A DNA stretch of 64,000 bases, taken from NCBI GenBank assembly GCA_964521215.1, contig CAZFRD010000003.1, forward strand, positions 425-64,424, given 5' to 3'. A program made the translations under genes and the position numbers. Below, piece after piece: positions 19,310-28,715 of the stretch (its first letter is position 1; every line of letters begins with the position of its first letter). The notes under the pieces were generated by a model. It saw only the letters and a list, made by a program, of their open reading frames with translations. It was not told where the DNA came from and made no database searches. Source of the DNA: an uncultured Pseudomonadales bacterium. GTDB taxonomy: Bacteria > Patescibacteriota > Microgenomatia > UBA1400 > PJMF01.

Positions 19310-21328
19310 GTGTATAACCTCAACACGAACCTAAGTGACGTCCGTGGCGTGGGAATGGCGCTAGAAAAAAAACTAGCTCAGCACAACATTTTCACCGTTA
19401 AAGACTTCTTACTTCAGCTACCACTGCGTTACGAAGATCGCCGGTTGATTTTGGCAGTCACTGACTTACAACGAAGTGGGGTAGACAGTACCACTCCCAT
19501 TACCGTGATCGCGAAGGTGAAACAAAGTTCGCAACAGTGGCGAGGCAGGATGAGCATCCAACGAGCGACAATTTTTGATGCTACAGGATCTGTCAAAGTC
19601 ACTTGGTTCAATTGCCCATTCATCATTCAAACATTAAAAAGTAGTGGCGAATTTTACTTCAGTGGCACTTGGAACCAACAATACCAGACGCTACAACAGC
19701 CTACGGTGGAAAAAGTCTCCGTCCAAACCGCTATTCATACCGCCCGGCTAGTCCCCATGTATTCGTCCACTACCGGAGTCTCTTCTGGGTGGATGCGGCG
19801 ACTTTTGACTAACCTTTTTGAACATTTGCAAATTGACGATCCGCTTGAGCAGTTGACACAGCCAGAATTGTCTCTACTGGCCGCCTTGCGGCAACTACAT
19901 TTTCCAGGAGAACCAGATGTAGTAGTTGCCGCCAGACAAAGAATTGCCCTCGAAGAACTACTGAGTTTAATGCAACAAGCTGACCAGCAAAAACAACAGT
20001 GGTCCAAAGAAAAACCAGTATCAAAGCTGGGTCAATCGATCATTGATAAACATCTACCAGCGCTAATCAACCAGTTACCTTTTAATCTCACTACTGGCCA
20101 GCAACAAGCTTTACAAGAAATTCTGGGGGACTTAACCCAGGCTCAACCAATGAACCGCCTGCTCCAAGGAGATGTGGGTTCCGGCAAAACCGTAATTGCT
20201 CTCTTAGCTGCTCAACTCTGCCTAGCGGGTGGAACGAACGTCTGCCTGCTGGCTCCCACTCGGATTTTGGCTCAACAACATCTGGCAACGACTCAGAACT
20301 TGTTTCCCCAGCTATCGTGCGAATTGATCATTGGGGGCACCAAGTCACTGGCAAAACCAACTCAGTCGGATCCCAAGCTGTATATTGGCACTCATGCTTT
20401 AGTTAACCAACTAACCACACTAAAACCTGGTTTAGTTATTTACGACGAACAACAGCGGTTTGGGGTAGTACAAAGAAGCAACCAACCGGCTACTAAAGCA
20501 AGTCGGACCAAGCAACCACATGTTTTGACGATGTCGGCCACGCCTATTCCTCGGAGTCTGATGTTGACGGTCTTTGCTCACCTGGAATTATCGACTATCG
20601 GTGAGATGCCCAAACAAAGAAAGCCGACTATTACTTGGTATATACCTGAGTCAAAACGTCAGGGTGCCTATACTTGGTTGGCTGAGTCAATCCAGCAACC
20701 AGATACTATGGCGTTAGTTGTTTGTCCATTTATTGATCCCTCTGAAACCGAAGCGCTGGAAAATGTAGCGGCGGCGAAAGAGATGTACCAAAAAATCGTG
20801 GCTCAGTTACCCAAAGCAACTCGAGTGGCTTTGCTTCATGGAAAACAGAGTAAGGTTGAACAGAATTCTGTGATTGAGTCGGCTTTTGCTGGCAAGATCG
20901 ACGTGATTGTCAGTACGCCGATTGTGGAAGTAGGCGTGGATTTACCCCAGGCCTCAATTATGATCATCGAGGCGGCTGAGCGATTTGGCATGGCCAGCTT
21001 GCATCAACTGCGGGGGAGAGTGGGGCGGAGAGGCCAACAAGGTTATTGTTTGGTATTTTCTGGTTCAACTGACCCCAAAGCTAGAGAGCGACTGAAAGTT
21101 TTTGCCCAAACTCAAGATGGGCAACAAATTGCCGAACTGGATTTGGCCAACCGTGGCGCGGGCAATTTGTTTGGGGTGGAACAACATGGCTTTGACCAAT
21201 TACGCTTTGCCAGTTGGGCGGATACCAAGCTGATCACCCAAGCTCAAAAGCTTTTCAAGGAACTACCCAAGCCTTGGCAAAGCCAGCTTTTCACCGATAA
21301 ACCCACCAATAGCGTTGCCGCTAACTAA
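19310..21328 (+). CDS. recG: ATP-dependent DNA helicase RecG
   Basis: MNRLLQGDVGSGKT, DEQQRFGV, MSATPIPRS, LHQLRGRVGR and RGAG motifs. Confidence 0.95.
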   Translation: MYNLNTNLSDVRGVGMALEKKLAQHNIFTVKDFLLQLPLRYEDRRLILAVTDLQRSGVDSTTPITVIAKVKQSSQQWRGRMSIQRATIFDATGSVKVTWFNCPFIIQTLKSSGEFYFSGTWNQQYQTLQQPTVEKVSVQTAIHTARLVPMYSSTTGVSSGWMRRLLTNLFEHLQIDDPLEQLTQPELSLLAALRQLHFPGEPDVVVAARQRIALEELLSLMQQADQQKQQWSKEKPVSKLGQSIIDKHLPALINQLPFNLTTGQQQALQEILGDLTQAQPMNRLLQGDVGSGKTVIALLAAQLCLAGGTNVCLLAPTRILAQQHLATTQNLFPQLSCELIIGGTKSLAKPTQSDPKLYIGTHALVNQLTTLKPGLVIYDEQQRFGVVQRSNQPATKASRTKQPHVLTMSATPIPRSLMLTVFAHLELSTIGEMPKQRKPTITWYIPESKRQGAYTWLAESIQQPDTMALVVCPFIDPSETEALENVAAAKEMYQKIVAQLPKATRVALLHGKQSKVEQNSVIESAFAGKIDVIVSTPIVEVGVDLPQASIMIIEAAERFGMASLHQLRGRVGRRGQQGYCLVFSGSTDPKARERLKVFAQTQDGQQIAELDLANRGAGNLFGVEQHGFDQLRFASWADTKLITQAQKLFKELPKPWQSQLFTDKPTNSVAAN

Positions 21329-21362
21329 CTCCAGCTGATCTACTCTGATATAATAGATCAAT

Positions 21363-21881
21363 ATGGGACCAGCAGTAAAAGAAACACCAAGTGTTCTTCC
21401 AGTCGGGGTTGAAGTTGATAAAGTTGAAACCGATCCTCTCGCAGAAAAAGTAATCAAATTGCTCAACAGAAGAGACAAGAGACTAATAGCACTTACCGAG
21501 AGCAAAATTATTGAGTTCCCTAAAAAAAGAAATGCCACTGCAACTCTTTTTGAAATTTATGCGCTTTTTATTCGGAAAATGAGAAGAATATATTCAAGGT
21601 TTTATCCCGATGGACCAAAAGGAGTTATGCTGGCAGTAGATTATCGGTTAGGTATGCTTAACCCAGAAAGACAAGCAAGGCACTCGAGTATAACAAAATT
21701 GAATCACCCTAACAGTAAACTAAATCGGGAAATGAAAGATATCATCAGAGCAATGCTGGCAGATGAAAAAATATTGAATATACTACGAAAATTGAATGGC
21801 GGAACCTTAACTATTGACCCTGAACCAGAGAATATCAAATTCTTAAGTATCTTGGCTGAATGCTTAAAAAGAACTAATTAA
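21363..21881 (+). CDS. hypothetical protein (AT-rich orphan)
   Basis: 172 aa ORF with TATAAT 8 nt upstream of the ATG. Confidence 0.65.
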   Translation: MGPAVKETPSVLPVGVEVDKVETDPLAEKVIKLLNRRDKRLIALTESKIIEFPKKRNATATLFEIYALFIRKMRRIYSRFYPDGPKGVMLAVDYRLGMLNPERQARHSSITKLNHPNSKLNREMKDIIRAMLADEKILNILRKLNGGTLTIDPEPENIKFLSILAECLKRTN

Positions 21882-21885
21882 CTGA

Positions 21886-22275
21886 TTGATTGCAGTCAAA
21901 AGAAAGTTGAAAGTTATGCCTCAAGAAATAATAAATTACTCAAGGTTGTCTCTCGTGAGTCTAGAATCGATTATTCAGACATTATCCGAAGCTGACTTTA
22001 ATCGAATCAAGCACAGAAGCGATCCATTTAACGATATGATATTTTCTCAGCGTTTTAAAAATCAGCTTGCACTGAGATTAAAAGAAACAGGTCTTAAACA
22101 AAACTATTTTGAACGACTAATTGTTGATAATCGCCTGTTCAGTCCTGATTTATTAAATGGCGTGACTTTTCCCGGCACATATCTTTATTTATTCGTATGC
22201 TACGCCATTACCAGTCCGAAAATTAGTTTTGTTGATTTGAAAAATTTACTAACAACAATAAAAAATGCAACGTGA
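21886..22275 (+). CDS. hypothetical protein (AT-rich orphan)
   Basis: 129 aa ORF; the real start may be the internal ATG (MPQE). Confidence 0.55.
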   Translation: MIAVKRKLKVMPQEIINYSRLSLVSLESIIQTLSEADFNRIKHRSDPFNDMIFSQRFKNQLALRLKETGLKQNYFERLIVDNRLFSPDLLNGVTFPGTYLYLFVCYAITSPKISFVDLKNLLTTIKNAT

Positions 22276-22289
22276 TTGGATGATTTTTA

Positions 22290-22610
22290 TAACGAGCTGG
22301 CTGATCAAATGTGGCTTTTGCTCGTAAAAAGAGGTTGGGCACCCCAGCCACTTTATTGATCTGTTACTCTATTATTGGATAAACCCAACGTGACGTGAGC
22401 TAATCAGTCGACCTAGATTGACTAGTTGTCAATTACTACCCATAGTTGGATTTGCTATTTGAAGCACCTCATTAAATAATGTTAATTTGGGTGTCTGCTG
22501 TGCCACAGCTTCAAAAAGAATATTTGTCCAAAAAGTGGTGGGAGTGTCATTCGGGACCACTAGTCAGCTATGGAGAGCGTAACTCCCTTAAGCTGTTACC
22601 CCACTTAGCA
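22290..22610 (+). ncRNA. candidate structured non-coding RNA, family unassigned
   Basis: At least eight complementary segment pairs forming nested multibranch stems; G-U pairs favour the + strand. Confidence 0.5.
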
Positions 22611-22706
22611 AGCTTAATTCCAACAAGCCATTCTAGAACTCAAAAATTTAGTTGAGAATAGTTGTTAAAAAAAAATTTTTCAATCATTTAAGAAAAGAGC
22701 TACATT

Positions 22707-23087
22707 TTATGTTGAACTTAGTGCTGATTTCCTTTCAATGATAGACCGATATACTCCAAGAGTAGCAACTAACAACTCTGATAATTTTGATGCGCTTCTA
22801 GCTTGTGTCAGTACTGAGTCCCAAGTATTTGGTGCGAGATCGGTCCAAGTGATACTACCCATATAAATTCCCACGCTCATTGTTGCCCTCTGGATGTCTT
22901 CTTTATTCCACAAAACCTTCATTAAAATCTCTCTAAGATCATAATTGCTCATTTGAGGAATATCTTGAGGATTATTTGTGAGGTTAGTTAATGCCTCAAC
23001 TGCCTCGGCAATTTCACGTTCCACATCGTATTGTGGTACATCTTGTGTTCCATCATTTGTCTGATCAGGCCTAGCATCTTCTACCAT
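22707..23087 (-). CDS. hypothetical protein (AT-rich orphan)
   Basis: 126 aa ORF with an AAGGA Shine-Dalgarno-like sequence upstream. Confidence 0.6.
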   Translation of the reverse strand: MVEDARPDQTNDGTQDVPQYDVEREIAEAVEALTNLTNNPQDIPQMSNYDLREILMKVLWNKEDIQRATMSVGIYMGSITWTDLAPNTWDSVLTQARSASKLSELLVATLGVYRSIIERKSALSST

Positions 23088-23194
23088 ATAATCCTTTTAT
23101 AATATTTACTACAATCTGACCATTTATTATATCTATTGCATCGAATCACGCAACCCTTGCGCAACCTTGACAAGGCAGGTACAATCAACAGCTT

Positions 23195-23359
23195 ATGGGA
23201 GCACTACCTAAGAACAAAATCACCAGAGCCGAGCGCGGCAAACGCCGCCGAGGCAACGCACCAAAACTCGTCAAGGACGTTCATACAGTCAAAACACCTC
23301 TCCACAAGAGAGGTTTGTTAGCCAGTATCCTACGGCACACCAACTTCACTAAGCCGTAA
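23195..23359 (+). CDS. rpmF: 50S ribosomal protein L32, divergent and Cys-free; not in ORF track
   Basis: [19 protein letters not shown] matches the L32 N-terminus; lies directly upstream of nusB. Confidence 0.8.
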   Translation: MGALPKNKITRAERGKRRRGNAPKLVKDVHTVKTPLHKRGLLASILRHTNFTKP

Positions 23360-23363
23360 CTGC

Positions 23364-23738
23364 ATGTCAGAACACCAAGGTAATCGCCGAATTCAGTTAC
23401 TACAACGATTATTTGCGTTTACCTTCACTCCAGCGCAGTTCGAACGTGGTCTACTTGAGTTTGAAAAATCAAGCTACTTTGGGTTGTTACTACGAAATTT
23501 AGACAAGATCGACCAACGCATCGCCGCTTCCGCCACCGAAAGGCCGCTCAGCGAAGTCAATAAAATCGATCTAGCCATCCTGCGCCTGATTGTGTTTGAA
23601 TCAGAGCAGAAACAAACCCCGCCCAAGGTGCTAATCAACGAAGCCGTCGAACTCGCCAAACAGTTTGGTTCGGAAAATTCATCCAAATTTGTTAATGGTG
23701 TTCTTGGTAAACTATTAGTAGTAGAATCTGAAACATAG
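23364..23738 (+). CDS. nusB: transcription antitermination factor NusB
   Basis: IDLAILRL and [30 protein letters not shown] motifs. Confidence 0.95.
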   Translation: MSEHQGNRRIQLLQRLFAFTFTPAQFERGLLEFEKSSYFGLLLRNLDKIDQRIAASATERPLSEVNKIDLAILRLIVFESEQKQTPPKVLINEAVELAKQFGSENSSKFVNGVLGKLLVVESET

Positions 23739-23740
23739 TC

Positions 23741-24010
23741 ATGTCAAATACCTATCACACCCCGCAACTAGCCGAGACCGTGACCACTCTCATTGCCCAA
23801 CACATCGGGAGCGAACCTCTCGCTGTAGAACTGCTAGCAGATCTAGAAGAAGATCTAGGCCTGTTAGATCAAGACATTAGTCAAATTTTAACCCTAATTA
23901 ACCGACAATACGAAGAGCTCCACCTCACTCTAAATGAGTTGGAAACCAACGAAGTTCATACCGTCGGTGATCTCATCCAGCTAATAGATGATGAGTTAGC
24001 TTACGCCTAA
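23741..24010 (+). CDS. acyl carrier protein-like protein lacking the phosphopantetheine Ser
   Basis: Small acidic protein with LEEDLG and TVGDLIQLI; acpP position upstream of rnc; DSL replaced by LDQ. Confidence 0.65.
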   Translation: MSNTYHTPQLAETVTTLIAQHIGSEPLAVELLADLEEDLGLLDQDISQILTLINRQYEELHLTLNELETNEVHTVGDLIQLIDDELAYA

Positions 24011-24016
24011 TCTTTT

Positions 24017-24703
24017 ATGTTACCAGTTTTCCGCAATTCTCAACTCCTCACAACTGCCCTCACTCACCGAAGCGCCCTCAACGAAAAAGGCGGTGCCAAA
24101 AAATCCCAATCTTATGAGCGTTTGGAGTACCTCGGCGATGCGGTACTCGAGCTGGCAGTCAGTGAATTTGTCTTTCAACAATTCCCCAAAGAACCAGAAG
24201 GAGTACTCACCAGTTACCGGAGTGCTTTAGTCAAAACTGAAACTTTGGCCAAAATTTCCATTCAGTTGGGTCTGGGTGAAAAACTTTTCATGAGTCGGGG
24301 TGAAGCACAAACTGGTGGTAGAAGCAACAAAGGCATCCTAGCCGATGTTTTTGAAGCAGTCGTCGGAGCGCTCTACTTGGACCAGGGCTTTCCCGCAGTC
24401 GTGCAATTTCTCGAAGCCGTGCTGTTTCCTGAATTCGCTACCATTATGCAAACCAAAAGCTACCAAGATGCCAAAAGTTTGCTCCAAGAAAAAGTACAAG
24501 CTTCTGGTTTGCCCGCACCAACTTATCATCTGGTCAGCGCCGTCGGACCAGATCACTCCAAACAATTTACCATTGAAGTCCTGATCCAAGGCGTTTCGGC
24601 CGCCACCGGTACCGGCCCAAGCAAACAACAGGCTCAACAGCAGGCCGCCCAAACTGCACTTGAGCAGTTTAACCAAGACTTGTATAATCCGTCGTCTAAC
24701 TAA
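24017..24703 (+). CDS. rnc: ribonuclease III
   Basis: ERLEYLGDAVLEL, ADVFEAVVGALYLD and a dsRBD with GPDH. Confidence 0.97.
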   Translation: MLPVFRNSQLLTTALTHRSALNEKGGAKKSQSYERLEYLGDAVLELAVSEFVFQQFPKEPEGVLTSYRSALVKTETLAKISIQLGLGEKLFMSRGEAQTGGRSNKGILADVFEAVVGALYLDQGFPAVVQFLEAVLFPEFATIMQTKSYQDAKSLLQEKVQASGLPAPTYHLVSAVGPDHSKQFTIEVLIQGVSAATGTGPSKQQAQQQAAQTALEQFNQDLYNPSSN

Positions 24704-24718
24704 AACAAAGGGAACATT

Positions 24719-25159
24719 ATGTTAAAAATTAAATTAGCTCGCTTTGGCAAAAAAAACCAACCGCATTACCGGATTGTCGTCAACGAAGCCAAAAGCAAAC
24801 GTGATGGCGAATACGTGGCTAAATTGGGAGAGTATGCGCCAACCTTTAGTCCAAAAATTTTAAAGTTTGATTTAGTGGCGTATGAGCAGTGGCTCACCAA
24901 AGGTGCTCAGCCCACCGAAACCGTTGCCTCGCTGGCCAAAAGAGCAGCCAGCGAGAATCCTTTTCCTGCCAAAAAAGCTCGAGCTTCAAAAAAATCTCAA
25001 ACCAAAAAGGCCGAACCAGCCAAAACCGAAGTAGTGGAACCAAAAACCGAGGTAGTGGAACCAAAAGCTGAGGCAGTGGAAACCACCACAGAAGTGACTG
25101 AACCTGTAGCTGAAGTGGTCGAACCAACGGCCGAAGTAACAGAAAAGGAAACAGCATGA
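24719..25159 (+). CDS. rpsP: 30S ribosomal protein S16 with acidic repeat tail
   Basis: LKIKLARFGKK..PHYRIVV and WLTKGAQPTETV motifs. Confidence 0.96.
   Translation: MLKIKLARFGKKNQPHYRIVVNEAKSKRDGEYVAKLGEYAPTFSPKILKFDLVAYEQWLTKGAQPTETVASLAKRAASENPFPAKKARASKKSQTKKAEPAKTEVVEPKTEVVEPKAEAVETTTEVTEPVAEVVEPTAEVTEKETA
25022..25084 (+). repeat. 21-bp tandem repeat in the rpsP tail
   Basis: Three degenerate copies of AAAACCGARGTAGTGGAACCA encoding KTEVVEP. Confidence 0.8.
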
Positions 25160-25407
25160 AAAATCTAATTGAATTTATCCTCATTCACCTCGTGGATCAC
25201 CCCGAAGATGTAGTGATAGATGAAACCAAGGGTGAGCAAGAAACGACATATTTAATTCACGTCCACGCCGAAGACATTGGCCGGGTCATTGGCAAAGGTG
25301 GGAGCGTGATCCAAGCCATTCGTCAAATTGCCAGAGTAAGAGCCACCAAAGAAGGTGAGCGAGTCCGCATCGATGTCTTCACCGAAGACAAACCAGAAAC
25401 AAACTAA
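25156..25407 (+). CDS. khpA: KH domain RNA-binding protein
   Basis: LVDHPEDV and DIGRVIGKGG motifs; follows rpsP. Confidence 0.9.
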   Translation: MKNLIEFILIHLVDHPEDVVIDETKGEQETTYLIHVHAEDIGRVIGKGGSVIQAIRQIARVRATKEGERVRIDVFTEDKPETN

Positions 25408-25431
25408 TTATTTTTCTGAAATTTCAACTGG

Positions 25432-26217
25432 TCACAGACCCTTCAGTGGATCAACCCCAAAGATGTCCTCAGAGCCTCCGCCTGTAATTTCTCTTTGCTC
25501 GGGTAGGGGAATGGTCAAAAACTCAGCTAACTTAGCTAACACCACATTGTTTTCCTGACTTAGTTGAGGTAGGGGAGCGGTGAGCGCCTGCTGAACATTA
25601 GGATTATAGAAGAACGTTTTGGTCTCAAGATCCACTTGCAAAATTTCTGGTTCGTTGGGATTATCTGCAGTCGAGGCGACAGAATCGCCACCAGCAATTT
25701 CAAAAGCGGTAATAGTGGTGAACGGCGCCACTTTCTCCAGCAAATCCATAAATAAACTGACTTTCTCAAAGTCCCCCTTAATCGTAAATTCTAAGGGCAT
25801 ACTATCCGCTAGATTTTTTTTGTTGGAACTGATTTTGCCACTACCGGTAGCTAGTAAGCCGGGATTGGTTTTCAAGTCATACAACTCAACCTCGGAGGCA
25901 CGCTTCACTTGGTCCAAACTGGTGAGCACCTCAAGTAGGGGCTTGTTGTTGGGCAAAGTCAGTTGCACCAAATCGTTATTGGTAAAATATTCAACTTGAA
26001 TCAAATCCTCACTCAACTGCTTGGCTTTGGTCTTAAGTTTTTTCACTTCTTCGTTTTTCTTCGTGAGAGCCGATTTGGTTTCTAGAATATGTGTAATCTG
26101 CGGGTAAATAATCACTACCGACAACACAATTGAAGCTACAAAAATCAAAATTGAACCACTAAATAAGGTTCGGCGTTTGGCTTGATTAATTAGTAGATTA
26201 GCGTTTTGCACTGGCAT
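25432..26217 (-). CDS. type IV pilus alignment protein, PilO-like
   Basis: N-terminal TM, coiled coil and GDFEKV..F..LE motif; third gene of a pilM-N-O run. Confidence 0.7.
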   Translation of the reverse strand: MPVQNANLLINQAKRRTLFSGSILIFVASIVLSVVIIYPQITHILETKSALTKKNEEVKKLKTKAKQLSEDLIQVEYFTNNDLVQLTLPNNKPLLEVLTSLDQVKRASEVELYDLKTNPGLLATGSGKISSNKKNLADSMPLEFTIKGDFEKVSLFMDLLEKVAPFTTITAFEIAGGDSVASTADNPNEPEILQVDLETKTFFYNPNVQQALTAPLPQLSQENNVVLAKLAEFLTIPLPEQREITGGGSEDIFGVDPLKGL

Positions 26218-26220
26218 AAA

Positions 26221-26826
26221 TTATTCAAGCTCATCAATAATGGTATCTTGAGTTTTGGACTCGGGCGTAGGGGTGGGAGAAACAATTTGCAGGTTCACAC
26301 TAATACTCATATCGTAATTACCAGTTTCGGTGCGAGAAACATTTTCTTTCACAATATCTTTGTAGTCGGTGCGGAGTTGCGGGTCGTCTAGTTGAGCCAC
26401 CACTCTTTCCAGCACAAAAACGGAGGCGGTCTTCAAACGAAACTCTAGGTCATTACTATCCTCAGCGTAATTCAGACCGGTAATCGAGACGCCAGACTCG
26501 AATAGTGAACGAAATTTCTTTAGCGCTTGCTGTTTGGCTTGCCGGTTTTGAAACAACTCGGACAGCACATTCACTTTAGAAACGTAGCCCACGTAAGCCA
26601 GCTCTTGAGCTTTCAAAGACTCCAATTGCGCTAACACTTTTTTCTCTTCGTTCTTCACCACTGCCAAAGCCACATCAAAACTCAACCTTGCCAGCACGCT
26701 GGCGGTTGTTACAGCAACAGCAATAATACCCACGACGACAGCTTTTTTGAATAATGATCGATCCTGCGCCTGTTCTTTGGAACGTTGCTTGGTGAGATGG
26801 TAGGCAAAATTAATTGAAAATGGCAT
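26221..26826 (-). CDS. type IV pilus alignment protein, PilN-like
   Basis: TM plus coiled coil plus small alpha/beta domain, between pilM and the pilO-like gene. Confidence 0.65.
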   Translation of the reverse strand: MPFSINFAYHLTKQRSKEQAQDRSLFKKAVVVGIIAVAVTTASVLARLSFDVALAVVKNEEKKVLAQLESLKAQELAYVGYVSKVNVLSELFQNRQAKQQALKKFRSLFESGVSITGLNYAEDSNDLEFRLKTASVFVLERVVAQLDDPQLRTDYKDIVKENVSRTETGNYDMSISVNLQIVSPTPTPESKTQDTIIDELE

Positions 26827-26835
26827 GAGCTAAAA

Positions 26836-27840
26836 TTAATCTTCGCATTGCAGTAATCCCATCGCTACAGCAAAACTGGGAGGATTGGAAGCATTTTCTA
26901 CAGTTTTGGCGGCACCAAAGGGAGAGGAGACCAAAACCTCGGTGCCCAATTCGGCACTCACTAAGGCTGCAAAGTTGCGCAAAGATGCCACTCCACCAGA
27001 AAGGATAATGCGCTGAACAGATGCCCCCGTATGTTCATTAGCATAGTACTGCATGGCGATTCTCATTTCTCTCAACCATTCTCTGGCTTGGGGCAATAAG
27101 ATTTCCCGGACCTTGCCCTCAAACTGTGATTCATCCAAACCATAAGCCCGCACATACTGTTCTGTCTGACCTGCCTCCAAATTGAGAGTCGTTTGCAACA
27201 CTCTGGTAAGCAATAAACCGCCACCCATATGGGAAACCACAAAATTCAGACGCCCCGCAGTGACAACTTGCAAAATTAATTCGCTCGCTCCCAAGTGAGC
27301 GATTAAAGTCACGGGGTCCGATTCCGCGACACCAATATTGCGGTAAATAGAAACTGCCTGAGTTTCCACCAAGGTTGGTTCCACGCCAATATTTTGGAAT
27401 AAAGAAATATATCGCTCGACTACTTGCTTGCGCACACCCACCAAAAGTACCTGCATCGTCGTATCTTGTTTGTTCTGAGGTCGAGCGATGACTTGGTATT
27501 GCAACGACAGCTCTTCTTTGGGAATAGGAATATGTCGTTCGGCCTGCCATTGAATTGCCGAGGCCAGTTCCGAATCGGAGAGTGGGGGGATAGAAATAAC
27601 TTTGGTCGCCACCACCGATTCTGGCAAGGAAAGCCGCAGCTGAGCTTTGGGCAAGGCATAATCTTGCCAAAGGGTAGTCATCATCTGGCGCATTTGCTCC
27701 ACTTGCGCATCATCAGCGGGAGCTGCCAAACCCGTGGGATTGAGCACTTCAAAAGCCTTATCCACCTTGGCAGATTTACCAGGCTTACCAATCAAAACTT
27801 TGATACTGTATGATCCAAGATCAAGAGCGAGTGTGGGCAT
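26836..27840 (-). CDS. pilM: type IV pilus assembly protein PilM
   Basis: LDLGSYSIK, AIQWQAERHIP, IILSGGVA and FAVAMGL (actin-like fold). Confidence 0.9.
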   Translation of the reverse strand: MPTLALDLGSYSIKVLIGKPGKSAKVDKAFEVLNPTGLAAPADDAQVEQMRQMMTTLWQDYALPKAQLRLSLPESVVATKVISIPPLSDSELASAIQWQAERHIPIPKEELSLQYQVIARPQNKQDTTMQVLLVGVRKQVVERYISLFQNIGVEPTLVETQAVSIYRNIGVAESDPVTLIAHLGASELILQVVTAGRLNFVVSHMGGGLLLTRVLQTTLNLEAGQTEQYVRAYGLDESQFEGKVREILLPQAREWLREMRIAMQYYANEHTGASVQRIILSGGVASLRNFAALVSAELGTEVLVSSPFGAAKTVENASNPPSFAVAMGLLQCED

Positions 27841-27873
27841 AGGGCAGTACTTTTACTTTATAAATGACTATTA

Positions 27874-28653
27874 CTATGGTTTAGTGATGGTCGTTCCACT
27901 ATATAAGGCATAATCCAAAAAGGGCGGGGGTTGTAGATCACTGGTAGTCACTTGGACGACTCGAGTTTCTTCGTCTTCACCCAAGGCGTTTTGAGCATTG
28001 GCGGTGATGGCATATTGTTGGCCGCTTGCTCCCTCAACATAAAGATTGGTTGAGTTATAGACTGGTATCACTCGGAGGAATAAATCGTCAGCGTCAACAT
28101 CATAGGTAAATTTGCTTTTTCTGCCATCGCTCCCAGCATCGAATGTAGGTTCAAAACCATCATTATGTGTCAATCCACAACCTTTGGCAGATTGGCCAAA
28201 ATATTCAACTTTGGTTTCACCATCATCATAATAGCGAGAGATCAATAAAGACGCTTCGGTATCACATGTCCCAGCCTCTTCCCCCCATTCAAGGACAACT
28301 GATCCACTTGTTGGTAAATTTACCTGGTAGGTTTCGCCTTCATCCAGTGGTTGAGTAAATTCAGTCGCCTGTGCCACTGATACTTGAACCGTCGAGTCAT
28401 TGAGGACACTACTCGATCCAGTAAGTGGCGCTGGGACACCAGCTCTTAATGCAGTGAGCACTTCGGTCAGCACTTGTTCGGCTCCAGACTGGGCAGCCGA
28501 AAAAACCTTGGTGGTTTCCGCCTGCTTGCTCGTCAGCGCTACATCTTCTGCCGTCCGTTGGGCCAAAGAGACTGCAATCACCATGGTTATACCCATGATC
28601 AACAAAACCATTAAGGCAATCTGTCCAGATTGTCGGTGTAAGTGATGAGACAT
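27874..28653 (-). CDS. PilX-like minor pilin
   Basis: QSG|QIALMVLLI (no Glu5) and VFSAAQSGAE motif; start placed at 28653. Confidence 0.75.
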   Translation of the reverse strand: MSHHLHRQSGQIALMVLLIMGITMVIAVSLAQRTAEDVALTSKQAETTKVFSAAQSGAEQVLTEVLTALRAGVPAPLTGSSSVLNDSTVQVSVAQATEFTQPLDEGETYQVNLPTSGSVVLEWGEEAGTCDTEASLLISRYYDDGETKVEYFGQSAKGCGLTHNDGFEPTFDAGSDGRKSKFTYDVDADDLFLRVIPVYNSTNLYVEGASGQQYAITANAQNALGEDEETRVVQVTTSDLQPPPFLDYALYSGTTITKP

Positions 28654-28715
28654 GCGATCATAATACCGCATTAATTGGGTTGTCTGCAAGCTGTGATTTT
28701 GAAAGATTTTGAAGG

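Noticed and set aside
22290-22610. Assignment of the RNA candidate to RNase P RNA, tmRNA, SRP RNA, retron msr/msd or a DGR template
   Set aside because: Diagnostic motifs were not found on either strand and there is no reverse transcriptase in the window
23136-23321. 61 aa ORF in the track
   Set aside because: The L32-like frame at 23195-23359 explains this region better
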